Shown piece after piece: positions 9,069 through 17,154 of a stretch of 25,672 bases of DNA. Source of the stretch: a virus (taxonomy: Duplodnaviria > Caudoviricetes). Position numbers and translations under genes: made by a program. The stretch covers positions 1-25,672 of the IMG/VR virus record IMGVR_UViG_3300032212_000702; one strand, 5' to 3'. Positions within the stretch are counted from its first letter, which is position 1. Every line of letters starts with the position of its first letter. The notes beneath the pieces are model-generated. The model saw only the letters and a program-made list of their open reading frames with translations. It was not told where the DNA came from and did not search any database.

Positions 9069-10343
9069 TTAAGAAACAGTTACTGAAATATTTTTAGTGT
9101 TAATACCATCTGTTACGCTTATAATCGTAGTTCCAGCACTTACACCTGTAACGCTTATAACACCAGTTGTTGTGTTATATGAAACCGTCGCAATTGATTC
9201 ATCTGCTGAACTTACAGTTACAGCAGCAATTCCGCCCTCAGCACCAGTTACTGTTCTTGTACTAGTTGCTGTTCCTGTGATTGAAACTGAATAAGATGTA
9301 ATTACAAGCGGTGCTGCTTCTGAGCCATGAACTACAAATTTAGGCACTGCGATGTCATAATCGTTTGAAACATCAAAGGTATATTCAACAGCACGTTTTC
9401 TAGCATTCCAAACTCTATCGCGACTCATTTCGCCAGAAACACCTAAAACAAGATTTTTAAGTGGAGTAAGCATAAATACTCCTCTTGGCATTTTGTTATT
9501 TACCTCAAAGCTATAACCACCATAACCTTTAGCAGCTGCTTCCATAATCAGTGCAGCGTTATTTGTTGATGCTCCAACTTCAGACGCATATTTAATGACA
9601 TCTTTTCTATGAATGAAAATTACGGCATCTTCTGGCATATCATCAGCTGCTGCTTGAACTAAACGCTCTAGCTTTTGAACCATCGTACCATCAACAGAAT
9701 ATTTACTTTTTACTGTATCTGCTTCTGTCTGAGCTAGATATATCCAACCTTTGTTAAGTTCATTAAATTTTGTATTTGCATAATCATCAGCTACGCCATC
9801 AAATCCAAGCTTAACCATTTCATTACCAAATTTAATAGAGAAACGTTCATCTAACCAACCTGTAAGATTTGGACGCCATTGGTTACTTAAAATTGTGCTT
9901 CTTGTAAGATCTGCAAAAAGTTGAGCAGGAAGAGCAGTTAATGTGCGACCAGCATTACTAATTTGCTTTTTCTGTGCTTCAGTTGGTTCAGCCCCCTCAG
10001 CTACACGAACTAAAATTCCATTTGCCATATCCCAAACGTCATACTCGCTACTTAAGCTATCCATGTGTATAACAGATATACGGCTTAAAAATGAACTTTG
10101 AGATTGAATTAAATCAATCATTAATGATGCACGACGTGGTGTTATAGTTCCACTAACACTTAATTGTTCAGGTGTAATTGCACCTTTAGCAAATTTAACT
10201 AAGTCATTTTCACTATCGTTATTTTCATCACCATCACTAGCATCAAGACTTTTTACCATCTTCTGCATATCATCAACACTAAACTCACCACTTGCAATTG
10301 CTCCAGCAGCTGCTAAACTTAAAAATTTCAACATATCATTCAT
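9069..10343 (-). CDS. Major capsid protein (HK97 fold, P2-family-like) with C-terminal Ig-like domain
   Basis: Capsid motifs (MIDLIQSQSSFLSRI, KLGFDG, NKGWI, LTPLKNLVLG); follows protease; last ~80 aa contain VSSADESIATV...VTGVSAGTTIISVT. Confidence 0.9.
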   Translation of the reverse strand: MNDMLKFLSLAAAGAIASGEFSVDDMQKMVKSLDASDGDENNDSENDLVKFAKGAITPEQLSVSGTITPRRASLMIDLIQSQSSFLSRISVIHMDSLSSEYDVWDMANGILVRVAEGAEPTEAQKKQISNAGRTLTALPAQLFADLTRSTILSNQWRPNLTGWLDERFSIKFGNEMVKLGFDGVADDYANTKFNELNKGWIYLAQTEADTVKSKYSVDGTMVQKLERLVQAAADDMPEDAVIFIHRKDVIKYASEVGASTNNAALIMEAAAKGYGGYSFEVNNKMPRGVFMLTPLKNLVLGVSGEMSRDRVWNARKRAVEYTFDVSNDYDIAVPKFVVHGSEAAPLVITSYSVSITGTATSTRTVTGAEGGIAAVTVSSADESIATVSYNTTTGVISVTGVSAGTTIISVTDGINTKNISVTVS

Positions 10344-11179
10344 TATGCGAATACTCCCTCATTTTGTTTTTTTACACCTTTTTTAGATGCTGGTGTTTCA
10401 TCTTGATTTGACTTTTTAAGACTCTCTTCTAAATTGCTTACACGTTTTTCAAGAGTCTCTTTTTCTTCTTTTAAAGAAGCGTTTTGTTTAGATAGCTCTT
10501 CGTTTTGAGCATTCATTTCCTTAACCGTTTTTTGTAGAGGCTCTAATGTGGATTTAATTGCCTCAATTGATTTTCTAAAATCTTCTGCTCCTTTAATCTC
10601 ATCACCTCCTTGCGACGTTTTGAAACTTGACTGAATATCTTTTAAAATGCTAAGAACTCCATCAGTCATTTTTTTAACTGAAGAGGTATCATCATCAGAT
10701 TTTTGAACTTCTGTTTTTTGTGCAGAACCAGCCATAGATAAACCTGCTATCTCTCCACTAGCTACAGCTTTTTTTAGGCTTTCGCTCTCAAGCTTTATTG
10801 CAACTGCCCAAGTGCCAACAGGCTCATTTGGAAACATTGCATCATTTGCTTTTGTAAGCCAAGTCTCTGCAACATAAGCATCTTCGTTTTTAAAGCTATG
10901 ATTTTTATCAACGTTGTGACCATTTAGTTGTTTCATAAAGTCATAAGCTGCAATTTCTATGTCTTCAGCTTTGGCAAAATCACCTTGACTATCTACCTTG
11001 TCAGGTGCGTAAACAACACCGTAGACAATTCCTTTTTTCTCATCGAATTTTATGAGCTTTACCTCTTTTGTGTGAGTAGGTGCATTTGTTGCAGATTTAT
11101 AGATAATCTCAGCTCCGTTTGCGCCTGCTTTCACTAAAGAGATATGAGTAACTATAATTTTCTTTAGCTGTTTTGGCAT
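10343..11179 (-). CDS. Prohead protease (XkdF-like) with C-terminal coiled-coil scaffold
   Basis: ISLVKAGAN, GIVYGVVYAPDKVDSQGD, NVDKNH, GTWAVAIK, GEIAGLSMAG motifs; C-terminal heptad repeats. Confidence 0.9.
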   Translation of the reverse strand: MPKQLKKIIVTHISLVKAGANGAEIIYKSATNAPTHTKEVKLIKFDEKKGIVYGVVYAPDKVDSQGDFAKAEDIEIAAYDFMKQLNGHNVDKNHSFKNEDAYVAETWLTKANDAMFPNEPVGTWAVAIKLESESLKKAVASGEIAGLSMAGSAQKTEVQKSDDDTSSVKKMTDGVLSILKDIQSSFKTSQGGDEIKGAEDFRKSIEAIKSTLEPLQKTVKEMNAQNEELSKQNASLKEEKETLEKRVSNLEESLKKSNQDETPASKKGVKKQNEGVFA

Positions 11180-11198
11180 CAGTTCCCTTTTTATTTGG

Positions 11199-11288
11199 TT
11201 TATACGCTATATGAGCAAAGCCCTTATAGCTACGCTAACGCTGAGTTTTCTTCGGCAGAAAGCCCACGCATGGCAAAGCCATGACTTA
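11199..11288 (-). repeat. 90-bp structured repeat, copy 2, directly upstream of protease RBS
   Basis: 83/90 identical to 5066-5155; same orientation and similar distance to an AAAAAGG-type RBS. Confidence 0.95.
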
Positions 11289-11435
11289 GTGTTTTTCCAG
11301 CTTTTACATCTTTGTGTTTTTGCTGTTGTCATTGTAGGACTTTACGCGCGCAAGACCACTACAGATAAGTTTTATTTGGATAAAGCTTGAAAAATCTTTT
11401 AATAAACTTCATTCAAGCAAAATTAGATTTGAAAG
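11289..11435. promoter_or_regulatory. Putative divergent late promoter region (head/tail operon left, portal-terminase right)
   Basis: Divergent gene starts; minus-strand TACAAT at 11336-11331 and plus-strand TAAACT at 11403-11408, neither with an obvious consensus -35 at correct spacing, consistent with activator dependence. Confidence 0.5.
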
Positions 11436-12521
11436 TTGATAATGGGAAATAATGAATACGTACCAGCACACGAAGTAGTAGCTAAAGGTGTAGATACCAA
11501 GCAGTACTTAGATGAGACTGACTATCTACATGATGGTTTAGTCCAACCATTTTTTAGCTTTGATGAAATGCTCTTCTTTTACTATTCTAATGTATATCAT
11601 AGAAGATGCCTAAGCATTAAAGCTAGAATGCTTTCACAATTTAAAGAGAGTGATTTAAAAAAACATTTACCAGCTGGCATGGGTGTTAGAAGGTTTTTAA
11701 ATGCTTTAAATTTAGATTTAGGAATTTATGGAAACTACTTTATTGAACAAGCTGGAGTACCTTCTAACTATTCACTTTTTCATCTACCAGCATTCCAAGC
11801 TAGACTAAACACTAAAAGAGAAATTTACCAAGTTCAAAGATGGAACAAAAAGCAAAAGCTCGAGGGCTTTCATATGAGCACTCATAGCCCAAGAAGTAGA
11901 TTTTACGGCGAACCTGATTATCTTGCGGTACTTAAACAAATCTCAGTAACGGCTAAAGCAGATACTTACAATGAAAAATTTTTTGATAATGGCGGACGTC
12001 CTGATTTAGCTCTGATTTTTGAAAATGCAATTCCATCAAAAGAAGTTCGTCAATCTTTCATGACATTTTTTAAAGATAACTTTGGTGGTGGCGTTGAAAA
12101 CGTGCATAAAGCCTTGATGCTCTGGACTGGTAAAGACCCTGAAAATAAATCTCATATCAAATTTGAAAAGTTAAGTGAAATTACGGATTTAAGTTTTAAA
12201 GACTTGAAATACATCAACCGTGATGAAATCATAACAGCACATGGAACACCACCACGACTTGTAGGAATTGTAACGAGCGGACAATTAGGTTCAAGTCGTG
12301 AGTTAATCGACCAACTTCATGCCTACAACGAAATGGAGATTAAACCCCAACAGACTTTAATTGATGAGTTTTTTGATTCCATTGACATTAAACATGAGAG
12401 TAAACCAATAGATGTAACAAATTTTAAAGATGATAGCGACCTCATTACAGGTTTAGTCCAAGCTGGGATAATTGAAGTGCAAGAAGCACGTGAAATCTTG
12501 CAATGGAGCAAAAATATCTAA
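11436..12521 (+). CDS. Portal protein (PBSX/P2 gpQ-like); start may be ATG 11442
   Basis: GIYGNYFIE, FYGEPDYL, YNEKFFDNGG, RDEIITAHGTPPRLVGI motifs. Confidence 0.92.
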   Translation: MIMGNNEYVPAHEVVAKGVDTKQYLDETDYLHDGLVQPFFSFDEMLFFYYSNVYHRRCLSIKARMLSQFKESDLKKHLPAGMGVRRFLNALNLDLGIYGNYFIEQAGVPSNYSLFHLPAFQARLNTKREIYQVQRWNKKQKLEGFHMSTHSPRSRFYGEPDYLAVLKQISVTAKADTYNEKFFDNGGRPDLALIFENAIPSKEVRQSFMTFFKDNFGGGVENVHKALMLWTGKDPENKSHIKFEKLSEITDLSFKDLKYINRDEIITAHGTPPRLVGIVTSGQLGSSRELIDQLHAYNEMEIKPQQTLIDEFFDSIDIKHESKPIDVTNFKDDSDLITGLVQAGIIEVQEAREILQWSKNI

Positions 12522-12669
12522 ATGAGAGTTAGTAGTAAATCGTCTTGCTATTCAGCGACTATTCAACTCGCTTCAAAAAGCAAAAACTATTTTTATGAAT
12601 GGTAATCGTCGAATTTATAAAAAAAGAGCTTCACGGGGCTTATTTGAGTGATTTTTAAAAAGGTACAAA

Positions 12670-14253
12670 ATGGCATACAAAAAAGAGATAATTAAACAGG
12701 CTCTACAACTCAATCATGCTGGAGTTCCAATTGAAGAAATTTGTAAAGAGCTTGGCATTAAAAGCCATACAACTGTTAATCGCTGGATAGCTAAAAAACC
12801 ATCTGTAAAAACAAAAGATTCTATTGAGAATTTAAAAAAGCAAATTGACACTTTAAGTAAAAGAACTCCAACTGAGGCAGTAACTAGAAAAATAGCTATG
12901 CTTTCTCACGCAATAGAGAGACTTAACCGCTTAAAAAAGAATGAAGAACCTAAACAGCCAAAACGAGTACCTACAATCAAACATGAAGCTTACGCGCAAG
13001 AGTTACGAGAAAAAGCACTGCATCCTGATTATGGACTTCGTGAGTATCAAAAAGAGTTCTTACTCTCAGATAATCAATTCCGTCTTGTACTAAAAGCTCG
13101 TCAAATTGGTTTTTCATATGTTGCTGGACTTGAAGCTTTAATTGCAGCTGCTGGTGGACGTGACCAACTCTTTTTATCTGCATCAGAAGAACAGGCTTTA
13201 ATTTTAATGAAGTATGTACAAATTCATGCAGACAAATTAGGTGTTGAAGTTAGTGGAAGTGCTAAAGAGCTTAAGGTTAATGGCATGGGAACTATTAAAG
13301 CAATGGCTCATAACTTTAGAACTGTACAAGGTTTTACAGGTGATGTGTGGATGGATGAATTTGCTTGGTATGCAAACCCTGAAAAGATTTGGCTTGCATT
13401 TGTTCCATCTATTGGAGCAATTAAAGGAAGACTTACAATTATGAGTACTCCTTTTGAAGAGGAAAGTTTGTTTTATGATTTAGTTCATAAAACTGATAAA
13501 TACTTCATGTTTGAAAGATTTAACATTGACATCTACAGAGCCATTGAAGATGGTCTTGTATTTGATTTAGAAGTTATGCGTGCGCTGTTTGATGAAGACA
13601 CTTGGGCAACTGCTTATGAGTGTCAATTTGTAGATGATGAGAGTAGCTTTTTCCCAATTTCTCTTATTAAGTCTTGTGTTGATGTTACACAAGAGGGTTA
13701 TTATATGCCTGACGCGGCATCATTTTTGCGTTCTGGTTATGATATTGGACGCAAGAAAGACAGAAGTGCCTTAGCTTCACTTGAGCCTCAAAATGGATCA
13801 TATAGTCTTGCAATTTTAGATGTTCTTACAAAAGCTACATTTGCCACACAAAAGACACATCTGTTTGACCACCTAAAACTATTCAAAAATTCTACTATTA
13901 AAATAGACATGACAGGTATCGGTATGAACTTAGCAGAAGATATAGAAGCAAAATACCCAGATCGAGCGGAGGGTGTCTACTTTACTGCAACTTCTAAAGA
14001 GCTGATGGTTCTAAATCTTAAAAAGATGTTTGAAGACGCGAAAATCAGCATACCAAACGACCCTAGCTTAATTTCAGACATTCATGCCATCAAGCGTAAA
14101 GCGGGGCAAAAACGAATGCTTTATGATGCTGATAGAAACGCTTATGGTCATGCTGATAGGTTCTGGGCATTAGCTTTAGCTGCTAAAGAGTTGGACTTTT
14201 TTAAGCCTAGTGGGCAAGAAGAAGATGATGATATGGGGGCTTTGATTGCGTAA
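12670..14253 (+). CDS. Terminase large subunit with N-terminal HTH extension
   Basis: Walker A LKARQIGFS, Walker B VWMDEFAW, motif III MSTP, nuclease GYDIGRKKD / DMTGIG / HADRFWA; HTH (IEEICKELGIKSHTTVNRW) in first 40 aa. Confidence 0.95.
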   Translation: MAYKKEIIKQALQLNHAGVPIEEICKELGIKSHTTVNRWIAKKPSVKTKDSIENLKKQIDTLSKRTPTEAVTRKIAMLSHAIERLNRLKKNEEPKQPKRVPTIKHEAYAQELREKALHPDYGLREYQKEFLLSDNQFRLVLKARQIGFSYVAGLEALIAAAGGRDQLFLSASEEQALILMKYVQIHADKLGVEVSGSAKELKVNGMGTIKAMAHNFRTVQGFTGDVWMDEFAWYANPEKIWLAFVPSIGAIKGRLTIMSTPFEEESLFYDLVHKTDKYFMFERFNIDIYRAIEDGLVFDLEVMRALFDEDTWATAYECQFVDDESSFFPISLIKSCVDVTQEGYYMPDAASFLRSGYDIGRKKDRSALASLEPQNGSYSLAILDVLTKATFATQKTHLFDHLKLFKNSTIKIDMTGIGMNLAEDIEAKYPDRAEGVYFTATSKELMVLNLKKMFEDAKISIPNDPSLISDIHAIKRKAGQKRMLYDADRNAYGHADRFWALALAAKELDFFKPSGQEEDDDMGALIA

Positions 14254-14373
14254 ATTTAATTTAGGATATTAAAATTTATAACTAGGGCAGACACGACCAC
14301 TCAACCAGACTAAACACAAGGTTCTATTAAGCTTATACTTTTTAGTGTCGGTAGTATGTGGAGTATGTTTGGT

Positions 14374-15024
14374 TTATTTTAATAGCCAAAAGCCTTGGAA
14401 TGCTTGCATTTGGATATTTTGTGAGGTTGGATTGTATTTTTGCCATGCTCCTTTCTCATATGTATATACCGCTTTAGCACTTGAAAATGCACTGTTTCCA
14501 TTTACTGTTCCCGCCGTTCCTACTAGATTCCAACCACTTGGAAGAGCATCAATATAGCTTTTTGTTGGTGTTAGCGTGCTGGTTTCATATTGTTTAGTTG
14601 GATTTACTTCGATGTAGTTGGATACATTATTCTCACGATAAAATCGAAACGTTGAATTAATATCTAAATTACTATCACTAATAGAAAGTAGATAAGTAGC
14701 AGGGTCATATATTTCTCTTGAAAAACTATTTCCATCTCGAGCTTGATAAAAGTCTATATAATATTGGTCAGCAAAATATCCATCTTGGTAAGCTTCAAAA
14801 CTGTAACTACTGATTTTATAAGGCAATCCATCCTTTGGTTCAAAACGAATAAAAAAGACCCCATCCTCTTTCCATAGTGAAACATCAGCACACTTTATAT
14901 CAGAATATGAATATGTTTTATAGCAAAATTCTTTGACATCTATACCCTTTGGTGGTAATTTATGTGTATAAATTTCCGCACTTATCGTTCCTATTATGGC
15001 TAATATTAAAATTAAAGTTTTCAT
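14374..15024 (-). CDS. Secreted/exported protein of unknown function (lysogenic conversion candidate)
   Basis: Sec signal MKTLILILAIIGTISA; AAGGA RBS; starts 9 nt after the repressor stop; C-terminal LPSGWNLVG...YTYEKGAW...QGFWL module. Confidence 0.8.
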   Translation of the reverse strand: MKTLILILAIIGTISAEIYTHKLPPKGIDVKEFCYKTYSYSDIKCADVSLWKEDGVFFIRFEPKDGLPYKISSYSFEAYQDGYFADQYYIDFYQARDGNSFSREIYDPATYLLSISDSNLDINSTFRFYRENNVSNYIEVNPTKQYETSTLTPTKSYIDALPSGWNLVGTAGTVNGNSAFSSAKAVYTYEKGAWQKYNPTSQNIQMQAFQGFWLLK

Positions 15025-15033
15025 TTCTTTTCC

Positions 15034-15738
15034 TTAAATTCTATCAAAATGGCCTACAACACGTCCTATGATTTGTAGGTTTTCTAAATCTTCGCCTATT
15101 ATATACATAGGCTTAACCTCGTTATTTATACTGATCAGCTCTACTTCTTTTGTCTTAGGTTCTCTATTTAATCTTTTAACAAATACATCATCGTAATAAC
15201 GTACAACATATATTCCACCGCTCATAACCGCGTTGTCATCATTTTCTATTGGACTTATAAAAAGAAGCTCACCAGATTGTATTAATGGTTCCATAGAGTT
15301 ACCAACAGCATTTATAATATGCAAATTCTTAAATGAACGTATGCCCAAATGAGCACGCAAAAAATCAACATTAAATGCCATTGCTGTTGGTGCATCTTCA
15401 TAATTAATAGCTCCACCGCCAGCACTTGCGTATGTTTCACTAAAATATGGAATATTGATTAGCTCGTTAGACGGCTCTTTTTTTACAACTTCTTTATGGT
15501 TTTTCTTGTTTTCTTGCAAAAACATGTTGCCTTTGCCTGTTAGGAGCCAATCATAGGAAACTCCCTCATTTTGTGAAATTTCATCTAATTTTTTATATGG
15601 AATCGAATTTCTATCTTTCCAATTACTTAACGTGTTAGGGTTTATATTTGCTACTTTTTTCAATTCTATATCTTGCTGAACCCCATAAACACGCTGTATT
15701 CGTTCAATTATTGAATTAATATTTCTTTTCAAATACAC
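15034..15738 (-). CDS. cI-type phage repressor (HTH plus S24 autopeptidase)
   Basis: HTH (NINPNTLSNWKDRNSIP...YDWLLTGKG), Ala-Gly cleavage site ASAGGG, catalytic Ser GNSMEP and Lys VFVKRL. Confidence 0.95.
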   Translation of the reverse strand: MYLKRNINSIIERIQRVYGVQQDIELKKVANINPNTLSNWKDRNSIPYKKLDEISQNEGVSYDWLLTGKGNMFLQENKKNHKEVVKKEPSNELINIPYFSETYASAGGGAINYEDAPTAMAFNVDFLRAHLGIRSFKNLHIINAVGNSMEPLIQSGELLFISPIENDDNAVMSGGIYVVRYYDDVFVKRLNREPKTKEVELISINNEVKPMYIIGEDLENLQIIGRVVGHFDRI

Positions 15739-15749
15739 ACCTTGTGAAT
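15733..15749. promoter_or_regulatory. Putative operator O2 (ATACAC-ACCTT-GTGAAT) overlapping the repressor GTG start
   Basis: Imperfect copy of the 17-bp inverted repeat at 15775-15791. Confidence 0.6.
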
Positions 15750-15766
15750 AAATTTATAAATTACTC

Positions 15767-15795
15767 TTGACAAGTTACACATATTGTGTAATAAT
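15767..15795 (+). promoter_or_regulatory. Early (lytic) sigma70-type promoter
   Basis: TTGACA at 15767-15772, 17-nt spacer, AATAAT at 15790-15795; upstream of first early gene. Confidence 0.75.
15775..15791. promoter_or_regulatory. Putative operator O1 (TTACAC-ATATT-GTGTAA) in the early promoter spacer
   Basis: Perfect 6-bp inverted repeat with 5-bp spacer, between -35 and -10 and touching the -10. Confidence 0.75.
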
Positions 15796-15856
15796 TCGCC
15801 TAACTAATTAATCAAATTAGCCAAATTATATAACCAAAATATAAAAAGGAGCATAA

Positions 15857-16495
15857 ATGCAAAATGCATTAACAAAAATAGAGGGATGGAACCTCCACGA
15901 AGTAAACGGAGAACCTGCAATTAAAGATATTGATTTAGGTAAAAAGTTGGGTTATGAAAGACCTAGAGACATTCGTAAACTTATTAGACGTATCGAAGAA
16001 AACGGTAATTTTAACGGTGCGCTACCGTGGAGCACCCACGAAATTATTAGCGGAAATGAGACAAAAGTTTTTTATTTAACAGAAAAGCAAGCTCTAAAGG
16101 TTATCTCAAGAAGTGAAACAGAAACAGCGTTTAAAATTATGGATGAAGTAATTGACGTATTTCTTGAGTACCACCGCCACGGCTATGTTGCAAAACCTGA
16201 ATTTATGCGTCAGCTAAATGAGACAAATGCTGAACTTGTAAAACTCATGAAAGATAAAAACACCCTAGAAGATGCACTTTTAACCCTTTCATTAGATGAG
16301 GCGAACAATAAAAGCATAGTTTCACTTTTGCAAGTTGCCGCTCTAAAGAAAAAAGGGCTTGAAAATAAAATGATAGCAAAAGCCTTAGAGATGAATCCAT
16401 TATCTGTTAGAACTAAAGTTACAAAACTTAACAAAATAGGTCTATTAAATAGTACAAAAACATTTAGTGAAAAAACACCAACACTTTTTGATTAA
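15857..16495 (+). CDS. Antirepressor-like DNA-binding protein
   Basis: N-terminal DIDLGKKLGYERPRDIRKLIRR...FYLTEKQAL...SETETA pattern of phage antirepressor domains; coiled coil; C-terminal HTH-like segment; GGGAG RBS. Confidence 0.75.
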   Translation: MQNALTKIEGWNLHEVNGEPAIKDIDLGKKLGYERPRDIRKLIRRIEENGNFNGALPWSTHEIISGNETKVFYLTEKQALKVISRSETETAFKIMDEVIDVFLEYHRHGYVAKPEFMRQLNETNAELVKLMKDKNTLEDALLTLSLDEANNKSIVSLLQVAALKKKGLENKMIAKALEMNPLSVRTKVTKLNKIGLLNSTKTFSEKTPTLFD

Positions 16496-16597
16496 GGGCG
16501 GCATTAAATGCCACCCTCTAAGCCTTTTTAGAAAAGTTTAGAGGGTGAGATTAGATGGCTCACCCAAAGTTTTGCATTTCATTCTCCTTTGAGGCTT
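16496..16597 (+). ncRNA. Candidate structured antisense RNA targeting the RBS/start of the upstream antirepressor-like gene
   Basis: Several overlapping stems; 16570-16590 is complementary to 15844-15864 (10-bp perfect match over ATG plus CTCC/GGAG). Confidence 0.55.
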
Positions 16598-16651
16598 TAA
16601 CCTCATAGAGTCTATTTCCTATTCAATAGACTCTATTGAGTTTATGCTCAG
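16598..16651 (+). repeat. Bulged hairpin repeat, copy A
   Basis: TAACCTCATA-GAGTCTATT-loop-AATAGACTC-TATTGAGTTTATGCTCAG; flanks shared with 17152-17206. Confidence 0.85.
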
Positions 16652-16657
16652 TGTTAT

Positions 16658-17035
16658 TTAAGCTATTAAAGCACCGCTTTTAGAGTCTTCGGACTTATGA
16701 AAGTTGATGCGTTCTTGAAGTTTTGAAATTTGTTGTTCGTAATCTGTTTTGAGGCTAGAAATCTCTTGAAAGTGAGACTCTTTTAACTCTAAAAGTTCTT
16801 CTTTTCGTTTAAGAAGTTCCATTTTTTGATTAAAAGCAAGCTCATCTTTATCTTTCAAGATGCGTTCTTGTTCTTTTAATATGAGTTCTTGCTTCATGAT
16901 TTCATTGTGAGCTTTAACATAATAGATAAATCTAGTTATGAAAAAAGTCACTAATGAGGCAATAACTGTTAGTACAAGCATTGCAAAACATTCAGGACTA
17001 AGAAGCGGTTGAATTAGTTTAAAAATAGTGTCCAT
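16658..17035 (-). CDS. Moron-like membrane-anchored coiled-coil protein, antisense to the early operon
   Basis: N-terminal TM (FAMLVLTVIASLVTFFIT), long coiled coil, AGGA RBS, own extended -10 promoter. Confidence 0.75.
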   Translation of the reverse strand: MDTIFKLIQPLLSPECFAMLVLTVIASLVTFFITRFIYYVKAHNEIMKQELILKEQERILKDKDELAFNQKMELLKRKEELLELKESHFQEISSLKTDYEQQISKLQERINFHKSEDSKSGALIA

Positions 17036-17058
17036 TTAAAAATCCTAAAGGAGGGAAT

Positions 17059-17154
17059 ATGTGCTTAACGATTTGCATAATCACAATTATAACAGCTGGT
17101 TGCTTAGGAGCTAAAAGAGGTAAAAAAGATATAGAAGAACTTTACAAGGTCTAA
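17059..17154 (+). CDS. 31-aa hydrophobic peptide (MCLTICIITIITAGCLGAKRGKKDIEELYKV); absent from ORF track
   Basis: Strong AAGGAGG RBS; hydrophobic N-half then basic cluster; TAA stop is the first three bases of hairpin copy B. Confidence 0.55.
   Translation: MCLTICIITIITAGCLGAKRGKKDIEELYKV
17086..17094 (-). promoter_or_regulatory. Extended -10 promoter (TGTTATAAT) for the 125-aa moron gene
   Basis: Perfect TGnTATAAT about 50 nt upstream of ATG 17035. Confidence 0.65.

Noticed and set aside
12522-12669. Portal-terminase intergenic region as a pac site or structured RNA
   Set aside because: Only short, weak inverted repeats; no supportable call
14285-14373. Long imperfect hairpin between the convergent terminase and secreted-protein genes
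   Set aside because: Pairing is made of short interrupted helices; it may help termination but cannot be separated from chance without folding statistics
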